Source: Lytechinus pictus
Lineage: Eukaryota
Direction of reading: 5' to 3'
Assembly (NCBI RefSeq): GCF_037042905.1
Contig: NC_087249.1
Location: forward strand, 9,426,001 to 9,490,000
Length of the DNA stretch: 64,000 bases
Part shown: positions 51,387-61,913 of the stretch, in pieces
Numbering within the stretch: position 1 is the first letter of the stretch
How the letters are laid out: the number at the start of each line of letters is the position of its first letter
Notes under the pieces: generated by a model
Database searches by the model: none
Told to the model about the DNA's origin: nothing
What the model saw: only the letters and a program-made list of their open reading frames with translations
Position numbers and translations under genes: made by a program

Positions 51387-53092
51387 CTAGATTTTAATTC
51401 GTCATGCGGACGAATTAGGTGGTCTGTCCTTATTCTCGCCATCATGATCACTATTACCATGTTCAAGCAGATCAATATGATCTTCATGATGACAACGGAA
51501 TGTTCATTATGGATGGAATACTTGTGAAAGTCGGGAGATGATAAAGAACTGTGAAAAGGGTCTCTTTGATATATGAAAATACATGTGATATGAAAATAGT
51601 AATTATAATCTGTTTAATCTTGCTAAATTTTAACTTTCATACCTTTTAAATACCATAAAGGATCATATACGAGGTGGTAAAAAGAAAAAAAAAATGAAAA
51701 AAAAATCATCTTGTTCACCCCCAGGACTCGAACCTGCGCCCCCGAGAACTCAAGTCAAGTGCGTTATCCATTGAGCCACGATATTCCCCATAGAGGTTAC
51801 ACGTTCCCATAGAGATTACACGTAAGCAAATTTGAGAATTGCATATCCAATTTTGCAAGCGAAAAACGGGCATGATCCCGGCATCTGATCAAAAAATGGA
51901 GGGCACTTTTACGAAAGCTGAGAATCTCAGTTACATCATATTCAAAGCTCAGAGATAACTGACAAAAGAAAATGGAGATATAGCTCACGAAATAGAGGAA
52001 TGTAGAATCTAGTTTTGAGAAAAAGTCATGTCCCATAGAGATTACACGTAAAATGAGGAAAAATGACATGCCTCTTTTCAACGCAATTTTACACCATGAT
52101 GCATTTTTCAAAATGAAAATTCATGTCAACTGACGAGAAAGAGTACATTCTAAACTACAAAATATCGAAATCTGGGCGAAAAATAATCAATATTCACGGA
52201 CTTATGATCAAATTTGCATAAATTTGATGACGTCATTTTTGAAAAAATGAAATTTTCAGTTTAGGCGCAATTTTGATGACGTCATGATCAAATTGAGGGA
52301 CGATGGTGACATGAAATCAAATCTACAACTCATACTTTATCGATATATGAAAAAAAATTGGGGGTCAACGGACTATTTAAAGAGCTACAGTGAATTTTTA
52401 ATAGGCATGTTTTTGCCCATATATGGCCTATAGTAAGAGCTCGCGCGCACACGTGCTGCAAACTTTAACGGGTGTTAATTTCATTATTAATGGTCGTAGA
52501 AGGTTGATCAAGGTATCAAATTGCTCAGAATTATATTATCAATGCAATGATATAAAAAAAAATGCGTTTCTGCGTTGCGTTGAAGGCGTTACGCGCGGAA
52601 ACACGCGCGCATACCTGTGCGTGCGCAAATTTTTGAATTGCTTAAAATGACCTGAAACGTACTTTACTTTGGTCAAAAAGTGATTTTGAGCATTTTAAAA
52701 ATTTGACGAGCGCGTACGCGCGCGTCGTGACCTCCAGGTGACCTTTGATGACATGACCTGTTGACCCTTGACCTGAAGTTGATGTGATGTTAATTTGATT
52801 AATTTTTGATAATTGATAATGGAGATATGATCGGCAATGTGATTTTACAAAATGGCGCCTGGATGACGTCATCATGATCTGATGACCTTGAAAAAGTTGA
52901 TTTTACTTGAAATCATAGGGCTTGATGACTGACAGAAATTTGAAGGAAATTGACCATGTCGATTTCGAGTGAACGTGTGTACAAAAAAGTGTACGGAAGA
53001 AATAAAAATAAATAAAGAATAAAGAATAAAGAATAAAGAAAATTCTGGCGAAATCAATAGGTGATCTGTCATAGACCACCAGACCACCTAAT
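51387..53092. mobile_element. 1.7-kb non-autonomous element with terminal hairpins, asymmetric inverted repeat and microsatellite (Helentron/DINE-like architecture)
   Basis: 13-bp IR ATTAGGTGGTCTG (51414-51426) / CAGACCACCTAAT (53080-53092); hairpins at 51395-51417 and 53058-53090; (AAAGAAT)n at about 53014-53041; CpG-rich interior. Confidence 0.75.
51714..51786 (-). pseudogene. tRNA-like sequence (tRNA-Arg-like, unpaired anticodon and acceptor stems) inside the 1.7-kb element
   Basis: A box TGGCTCAATGG, B box GGTTCGAGTCC, paired T arm, followed by a T run; the cloverleaf is incomplete. Confidence 0.6.
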
Positions 53093-55097
53093 GAGTAAAC
53101 GTAAATGGAATAGCAAATTACTGGACAGTTTGTGTCCTCTCAGAATATACTTCATAATAGATGAAAACGTCACTCTGTTGTTATATTATATTCAGGCACG
53201 GTAGTCAAAAGACAGACCTGTATTCTAATAATGCTTCAAAGTTCAACTACAGCAGCTGTAATGTTAGTTCCAGGTGTCTATAGATTTTATAAATTTTGTC
53301 ACCTATTTCAGTAAAGTGCAATTTCTTTAAAAAGACGAAAATGACTCGCTCCAAGAAGGTAACATTGTGGTTTGGAGCAAAAAGAGAGTAAATGTCAATA
53401 GTGGTGATAAAATTATTTAAGTTTATTATAGAGTAACCAATTTGTTTTTAAAATGAAAGTTCTTTGTTTTAATACTAGATTCTGTGTTCTTTGTTGACAT
53501 ACGGGTATACAAAACAATTGGAGAAATCATGAACCTTAAAGAAAATGTATTAAAGGTTCCATACACACACTGTAGTATGCAGATAAAATCTTGTAAACAC
53601 TGGAATCACTGTCAGGGAATAATTTTGCTTTACAAATTTGAATAGCATTTTTGGTCATAAGAGAAAAGCTCTCTCAACAAAGCAATGTACAGTCCTATGT
53701 AAAAATATGCTATACAAAAGACTTTATGCATAGCAGTCTTCAAAAAATGTGGAGCGAATTGCGATGGGATACCAGGAAAATTATTCCCTGATGTGAATAA
53801 AATTGATTTGCAGATTTTCCACAGATGCGTTGTATTGTTTTATTGGGTTCCGCTATGATTGTCACTGTATTTTTTATAATTCAATTCATAAGTTTGTGAG
53901 ATCGATAATTTAAAATCTTCACAAGACATTGCTAAAAAAACATTATATCGTTATATAGTGTTGACGTCTGAACAAAGATAGGCCAGAACAATTATATTCC
54001 ACTACCACACTTTCAAGGGTCTGTATCATGAAAGTGGTTGTCAACTGCAAAACTTGCAATACCCAATCAGATTCGGTGTTGCAAACACATATTGTTCAAC
54101 ACACCCACAATCAGCCAATCAAAATCACTGTATGAAATTTATGGCTAACTGCAAATATTTGTGTTTACAGGGTCCAGGTATTAACCAATAGGATAGGAGA
54201 CAGCATTAAGGTTGAAAGTCTGATTTAAGTTGCTTGAGGTGTAGGGGGAAAGTCTTTGGGCCATGGTAAAGTTGAATTACATGTATGTAGAGTGTAATAC
54301 CATAGTACAACAGTGAATTACATGTACATGTAAAAGAGCATTACATTAGCATGTGACACGATGTTGTTCAATAAATCTTGAATAACAATAATTTTGAATT
54401 ACAGGCATAAATGCAATGAAAGATAGGAAACATTAATGAAGATAAATTTTGAATAATTATTATGACCATACATGTACTCATTAATGAATGATTTGCATGC
54501 ATTTATACATGGAACATACATTGATAATTCTTAAAAGACAATAAAAGCAAGGGGAGGAAAAAAGAAGGATATATCAAGATGCAGAATATGAGCTCATATG
54601 AGCCAGAAAGGGGGGGGGTGGAGGGATGAGCAAGGAAGGAGATAGTGGAAGAAAAAGAAGCATTATCTTAAAGGTACACATATAAATTATTTGAAAAGTT
54701 CACCCACCAGATACATTGTTTTATGTATATTTGATTTTCAAAGCTTCCTCATCACACAGTGCTATAAAAAAAGCTTCATTTGGTTAAAGGTCTAGCCAAA
54801 AAGGAAATCAATTAATGTGAATTCACAACGCTAGAGTCAAAGTAACATTCTTGAATGCCATTTTTTTTTTTTTTTATTATAATTTCAGTATCACGTAAAG
54901 GATTTAGAATATAATTGTAGAAGTTTAAACAGTAAAAAATACCACTCATTTATAATATGGGACTAACATGATATAGAGGACTTCAAGATTCAATGCTACA
55001 ATAGTTTCCAAACATTCTACACTCCCTGGGGAGCATTACTCATGTAATAAATATGTACCAGAAAGAGGAGAATGAGGAATTGCAGGAGAAAACTTAC

Positions 55098-55967
55098 CTC
55101 TTTAATTGCACTAACTTTTTTCCGTAGAAGTCTTGACTTGACCCAGCGCTCGATGGGCACATTGAACTTCATGAAGAGGACATATAAAATGTATATGAGA
55201 AGTAGGCACAAGGACTCATACCACTCTATGCGTGTGTCTGAAAAGGAGTATAGTAACAAGGACAGACTGATAGAATAAAACAAACAATCTCTGAAAAGAG
55301 GCCACCATGTTAATGAAAGAACTCCTTTACTGAAAGTTGCACACATCCCAATGACGAAAAGAATGTTGAAGACGGCGGAACCAACGATTGTCCCCACACC
55401 AACATCGCTCTGTGCAATGAAGACCCCAATGAGGCTGGTGAAAAGTTCCGGGGCGCTTCCTCCGGCGGCCATGAAAGTGGCACCGGCAACATCGTCCGAC
55501 AAGCTGAGTTTATCCGTGATGACGCTTAGCGCAGGCACAAAGAACTCATCACAGACAATGGCGAGCGCGACAAACATGTAGACCATTAAAATGATGTGAA
55601 GTACGATTGCGCCATTTTTCTTCTGTTCTACTGAAAAAATATCTAAAGGATAGATTCCATTAGTTTGAGCAGTAGTTGTCACATTCATCCTTGCCGTCGT
55701 TGATTCCGTTCCTTGGTCTGTAGATGGTTCCCCCGTAAGATTTGTCTGTAATAAGTGCCTTGAGTGCCCCGAATGTTGCCATGTTTCATCAATGTGAATA
55801 TGACTGTCACCGCTCTTTAGCCGCGGGATCTTGCTGCAAGAGTTCCAGAACACTTGATCGAAGTTGAAATAGAAATGGCATATCCCTCCTATCACAAAGG
55901 CTGAACAGAGGACTAAGAGTCTTGCCCATCGAGTCCTGGACCGCATATAGTGACCAATGTGCTTCAT
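55098..55967 (-). CDS. SLC24A2: NCKX (K+-dependent Na+/Ca2+ exchanger, SLC24A1/2 / Nckx30C-like), first coding exon: N-terminal hydrophobic segment, TM1-5 and alpha-1 repeat
   Basis: Translation contains [49 protein letters not shown] and [14 protein letters not shown], which are NCKX alpha-1 signatures. First ATG is at 55967 with an in-frame TGA upstream at 56000-55998. The exon ends at a GAG|GTAAGT donor (55098/55097), phase 0. The symbol denotes the closest vertebrate clade, not proven orthology. Confidence 0.95.
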
Positions 55968-56546
55968 TGTTGTGATTATTTTCACATCTACTCTAGATCA
56001 TATAGAGGAACACATTATCCTGTCTTGGAAGCTTCTCAAATCAACTGTATAAAAAAACACACACTTGTCAACACCATTCACATAGCATTGCGCGACACAG
56101 CAGTCAACAACCAGTAGATTTCTTGTCAATGCCTATGAATTAAATGATCCTTCACTGTGATATCACCGAAGTCCAGGTAACTGAATATCCCTGTATATGT
56201 CCGTTTGTAATTAATGAATGCCGCTTCACACAAAGTTTTGCCAAAGCGCATTCAGTTGGAGGTGGCTGGAACTGGATGGCAGCACGAGATGTGGTGTCAT
56301 GTTGACATTTTAGCTCTGTGAAGCTCTCTCTATTGCTGCATACATGCCCTCCGGCTTGCCTTGCCTGTCGTTATGGTGAGCCCGCTCAGATGATTCTAAC
56401 CTGTCTCTTACGAAGCTTGCCTGCCAACACCGATACTCATTATTATCACATGGGTGACATCACTGCTTTATCTGACACCATCCAATGATGTTTGCTGCCC
56501 TCAGTAGAGGATATCTTTATAACTTCCAGGGGCAGTAGTCAGCAAT
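55968..56546 (-). other. 5' UTR part of the first coding exon, with two candidate acceptors (exon start 56546 or 56044)
   Basis: tttttgttttcattttattAG ends at 56547; gtgtttttttatacAG ends at 56045. The intervening sequence is more GC-rich than the flanking intron. Confidence 0.55.
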
Positions 56547-57629
56547 CTAATAAAATGAAAACAAAAATAGATACCTCCAAATATCAATAATTAATTCAGC
56601 TGAAAGAAATTATACATAATTCAATTTGATACAATGTATTGTATGCAACTTCAGCAATTAGGATGCGGAAACAAATGTAAAAGTCTCAAGCATTATTTCA
56701 TCAGAATAAATTCAGACTGAAAAATACAGAATCTAAGATATGATTTGTTCTGCAAATATTCTCTTCTTGAAACAATACATAGTACAACTTTTGCACATGA
56801 CATTATATGTACATCCTTTGTTGTGCATCAATCTTATTTTAAGAATCTACTTTATGTTGGTCAAAAGCATTAACTAGTATCATTTGATAGTTGTTTTTTA
56901 ATTATTTGTTTTGTTTTGCACAATATTTTGTTCCTTTGTTCAACAATGGTATGAAACACACTCAAATCCACATATTCCATAGCAAAAATAATGGCAAGTT
57001 TGAATGAATGACAAGGTAATAATTATAAACAGACAACTCATTATCATGAATGCTGTAGGTGGAATTGCATGCATGTATTAAAGAGGAAGGAGAAGAAGAA
57101 GAAGAAGAAGGAAAAAGAATGGTACCGAAGATGATAAAAATCAGTAAAGATTATAAAGGAAAAGAAGAAAATAAATAAGCCATTTTAATCAATTAGAGAC
57201 TTCATGCATGTGTACAAATCAAACAGAAAACACTATACATTGTATGTTGCATCATTACCACAGTAACGCTAGAGCCTGTTTCATTACAGTCTATTTGATA
57301 CAGACTGATAGCAAAGTAAACACTCACAATACAATCACAATGCCTACTACTATTTTGACAGCCTGAAGCTTTGTTGCCATGACGATGTATTTGAAGGCAG
57401 TTAATGACCGGCTTCACCAAAGGACAGGAAATTGGTAGCAAAACTAGTCTTGATTTCTGACATAGTGCGTATTACCAGTGTATGAACTCAGCGTACAAAA
57501 TTATAAATTATGTTCTCCATTTATTTTACATTAATTATGTTCTCCATTTATTTTACATTATTAATCTGTATAAAGAATACTTACAAAAAATGAAGTGACA
57601 TTCAAATTCCGAAAGTGCTTGGTTGCAGG

Positions 57630-58062
57630 CGCATACATTTGTAATTCCGAAGCTTCGTTATTCCGAAGGTTCGTAATTCCGAAGGTTCGTTAGTCCGAAA
57701 ACGAAGTGAGGCTCGTAATTCCGAAGGTTCGTTAATCCGAAAACGAAATGAGGTTCGAAATTCCGAAGGTTCGTAAGTCCAAAAACCAAATGATTAACGA
57801 ACCTAATTTCGTTTTCGGACAAACGAACCTTCGGAACAAAGAACCTTATTTTGTTTTCGGATTAACGAACCTTCGGAACAACGAACCTTATTTCGTTTCG
57901 GATTATCGAACCTTTGGAATAACGCACCTTCGGAATAACGCCACAAATGTTCGGATTAAAGAACCCTTTTACGTTTTCGGATTAACTAACATCGAGGTAT
58001 AGACAATTTTCGGAATTACGAACCTTCGGAATAAAGTACCTTCGGAATTACGAAGTGTAACC
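57630..58062. mobile_element. Foldback/MULE-like element of 16-bp TTCGTAATTCCGAAGG subrepeats, inverted about its centre
   Basis: Direct repeat GGTTGCAGG at 57621-57629 and 58063-58071; subrepeat orientation flips near 57790. Confidence 0.88.
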
Positions 58063-59189
58063 GGTTGCAGGAGGGTTAAGTTTTAAAAAGATATTGTCAT
58101 GTATAAAAACATCAATTGAACACGTCATTCTATTTTATCATGGTTTTTTTTTCATTTAATTCCCTATCTATCTGTTTCTAATGATATCTTCTTGAAGGAA
58201 AGGTTTCATTCAATAATATACATTTTCAGAGAGAGAAAAAAATGATGGTATCATGCAAGCGTATATACGACAATCAATGTTACCGTTACGATCCGTCAGT
58301 GTGTACTCTATATACTTGTCATATCATTTATCGTAAATATGTTCGAACGCAAATTATTGGGAGAGGGCCGGGTGAAAACACACGCAATCCCCCGCCTGAA
58401 AAGGGGAGGTATATCCCCACCCCAACCCTATACGTGATTGATGAACAAATCCCTTATTTACGGAAACACCAAAATACATGTATGATAACCATCACTACCA
58501 TCAGTCACCATGATTATCATCCTTATTATAAATTAATTATTCTTCTTCTTGTTGTTATTGTTACCATCATTATTAATTACTAAAGATCTAGGCCTAGTAA
58601 TATTAATAATTGTAATAAAAATATTATTATGAAGTTCATGATCATACTTGCTTCATTAAGGGGGATAATATATATCCCCCCCCCCCCGGATTGACACAGT
58701 ACGACAATACGCCAGACGGTGGCCTGTACTTATAGAGAAGAAGAAGAAGAAGACACATAATCTATATCTATTGTCAACTTTATGAGACTCTAGTCTCTAT
58801 AGACTATAGCCAGGGCCCAGGTCTAACACTAACAGTACACTAAACTAACGTTAAAGTAAACACTGACTAGGCCTAAATCTATAAACAGTAGATCTAACAT
58901 TATAGACTAGATGTAGCTAACTTAAGTTAGACTCTAACGTTAACACTGACTAGGCCTAACTTAAATTTAAAACTAAAAAAATAGGTAAAAGTTAGACTCT
59001 ACCGCCCGGTACCGTTACTACTGGTACATGTCACAGAGATACGGTATTTAAAAAATGTTTTACTTTAGTTTAAAGATAGCTCTAAGTTAGCCACCGCAAT
59101 AAGATCTATGGCTGTGTTAATGTTTTAATACGAAAATAGGATCCCTACATGTAGTTACAATAGACACTAAGTTGGACATTGTTTTGCCT

Positions 59190-59930
59190 AAAACCGTAGT
59201 CCGAATATCCGTCGCCGGTCGAGCGAGCAGGCAACGCGCACAGTATACGGTATATGCCAGCGCCGTTGCAGTCCGCTTTGGTTTGTTTTGGTACCGTATC
59301 GGTACGGTACCGGTACTACCGGGATCACCTTTTTTGTTTTTGCTTTGACTTTGTTCGCTTTCTCTGGCGTAATTAGGACTATCCGACTTTGCAGCCTACA
59401 AAATCTGATATAGAGTACCGGTATATGAATAAATCTAGATCTACGTAGGTCCTAGTTCAAGTAGTAATGAGCGATAGTGTATCTTTTTCTCTTACCAGTA
59501 CCTAAAAAGTTAACCATCTGTGACCCCGCCTTTTCAAGTTCCCTCATGCATAGCGCATGATCACATCGATCCAGCCAGATATCCGCATATGTACGTACGG
59601 GTACGGCGCATGAAAGGCGGGGCGCGCAAAGTACAGTACCGGTACCCATCATATACTTTGACATTACCAATACCAGACTCCAAAAGCTGAGCTCCAAGCT
59701 TCCTTCCATATTTTGGTGCCGAATGTCCCGCCGAATGTACAGTAGAAAGAAGAAGAAACTGTCCCGTCCAATATACCAGTAGGCCTAGACTAAACTTGAT
59801 TTTAACCAATTTATGACTGCTGAGCGACAGAAGTAAATTGTATAGGTCTATGATTTTAATATACCGCATATATACCGCATATACCACCAGTAAAGTTTAT
59901 ACGGTATAGGAACTTCCTGCGTATTATATT
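59190..59930 (-). promoter_or_regulatory. CpG-rich promoter and candidate non-coding first exon of NCKX (donor CTG|GTAAGA at 59496/59495)
   Basis: Local CpG enrichment relative to the gene body; GC boxes at 59524-59530 and 59616-59624; minus-strand splice donor. TSS not determinable. Confidence 0.55.
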
Positions 59931-60311
59931 TAACAATGGATTCTAAACTGTGCCTAGAAAGTACGTACAGGAAATGGACATACGCAAATTAAATTGATAT
60001 AGGCTTTTAACATGCAGTTTCTAATTAAGCATTCTAATCCCTTTTATTCCCATAATTGTCATAAAAATAAATTCACTTCACAAAATCAATTTAATGATGT
60101 TAAAATCATGTTTAAACATACTTAAAATAATGTTTGCCTTTATTTTTCTTAATGAAATGACACCCTGCTTTCCCAATCATTAAAGTCTGGTAATATATTC
60201 AGCTAGCCTACATGCTGCTAATTTATCTGCCCTGATATATTTTAATAGTTACTGACTAATTACTGTTGTTAATATTGTTTGATTGTGATCCTGAAATTTG
60301 AAACAGGTTTG

Positions 60312-60900
60312 CAGGGGCGGCGGAAGGAGGGGGCAGGGGGCACGCGCCCTCTAAAATTCCTCGAAGGAAAAAATGTCTTTTTTCAAAATGAAAAGTGCCC
60401 TTTTTCAAAAATAAAATGTGCCCTTTTTCAAAATGAAATACCCTTTTTGAAATAAAACATATTATTTTAGGTTAGAAAATCACTTCTTTTTGGCTCGCGT
60501 TTGCGCTCGCATCAATTATTGTTTAATCAGGTACTGGGGCCCGTTTCATAAAGGACTTGCAACTGTTGTAACTTTGCAATTATGGCAACTATACCATGGC
60601 CACCTTGATTCTGCATGATTGACTGCTGAACCCTGTTACCATGGTACTTGCCATGATAGCAAAGTTACAACAGTTGCAAGTCCTTTATGACACGGGCGCC
60701 TGATTTTGTTCTTGGTTACAAAAAGTGCTTATAATGTCAAGTTTTCAGGTTGGAATATCACAAATTTTCAGCTCGCGCTTCGCGCTCGCATTATTCGATT
60801 GGTGAGATATGTATCCTATTATTCAGTCACTAAAGGCAGTCCTAATCAGGTCCATTTTCTGGTCAATATATTAAGATTTCAGCTCGCGCTTCGCGCTTGC
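60312..60900 (+). mobile_element. hAT-like element fragment with GCTCGCGCTTCGCGCTCGC repeats
   Basis: Starts CAGGGGCGGCGGAAG; motif at about 60493, 60771 and 60882; right end not defined. Confidence 0.55.
60537..60699. mobile_element. Harbinger-like palindromic MITE, CTG target duplication, nested in the above
   Basis: ctg|GGGCCCGTTTCATAAAGGACTTGCAACTGTTGTAACTTTGC...GCAAAGTTACAACAGTTGCAAGTCCTTTATGACACGGGCGC|ctg. Confidence 0.9.
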
Positions 60901-61548
60901 GTCAATTCTTTAGTTAGATAGGCCTATATACACAACTTTTCAGGGGAAGACGGATCTCTTTGCCAATTCGGGAGGGGGGGGGTCCGCTTTCCTGATGAAT
61001 CGTGTCTATTGTAGGCTTAACATTGAGAGAAATTATCACGATAGAAATTGCCCTTTTATGCATGCTCCAAATGCGCTCTTGCATTTCGAGGTTACATGTG
61101 AAAAAGGGGAATGTACATAGGCCTACCTCTTTCAAGAAAGAGTTAATAAAAATCTAAGAGCGATATTCTTAATATACTGGACTGCGACTCCGTCAGCAGG
61201 GATCCAGAATACCAGTACAAACAAACAAAATAGAAAATAAAAATCAGGCACCAACTTGGTTACATCATACATGTATTTCAAAAATGGAATTCATGGTTTC
61301 TATACAGCACAGTCTGCAAAAAGTTTGCCAATTTTGTGCGACTATTCTTGACAAATTATTATGATTATGACAGCGCTGAAAATAATATAGAAAAGCCACA
61401 TTAAAAAAATGTTGACCACCCCTTGTGATGTCATCACACTTGGGCCTAACAGTAACAGTGTTACTAAAACACCATTGCATCTAGTCCGGATACCGTAAAC
61501 CCGGCAACCCCTCCTGTTGGTATGCCCATCTAACTCCCTTGACATGAA

Positions 61549-61562
61549 GTTACCATGGCAAC
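61549..61562. promoter_or_regulatory. Consensus RFX X-box upstream of the NCKX promoter
   Basis: GTTACCATGGCAAC within a CpG-containing non-repeat block (about 61340-61600). Confidence 0.55.
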
Positions 61563-61879
61563 CATTATTAACGGAGGAAGGCTTCTATGTAAACTTGAAC
61601 AGAGTTAGGTAATAAAATAAATTTGACACAAATTAAACGACTGGATTACGCACAGATTGTGAAGAAATATTTTATTTTCATATAGGCCTGCACTGCACTT
61701 TTAAAACTCCAAATCAGACTCAAATACGAGGCCATTTATGTTTCACCTTTTTTCAAGGATATTCAAACTGTACGTAACAATTTTGTGTTATCAAAACCTC
61801 GAATTACAACCACCAAAAGTAATCAATAAAAGAATACACATGAACATATAGAGATTACCCCCCCCCCCAAAAAAAAAAA

Positions 61880-61913
<34 letters not shown>

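Noticed and set aside
51714..51786. Functional tRNA gene
   Set aside because: Anticodon and acceptor stems do not pair; it lies within a mobile element. The SINE heads near 3200, 8900, 17600, 45400 and 47200 are rejected as tRNAs for similar reasons.
55017..55097. C-terminal extension VSFLLQFL... of ORF 55017..55985, and its GTG start
   Set aside because: Read-through past the GAG|GTAAGT donor; the first ATG is at 55967.
57748..58002. 84-aa repetitive ORF (EPYFVFGLTNLRN)
   Set aside because: Translation of the foldback element's subrepeats.
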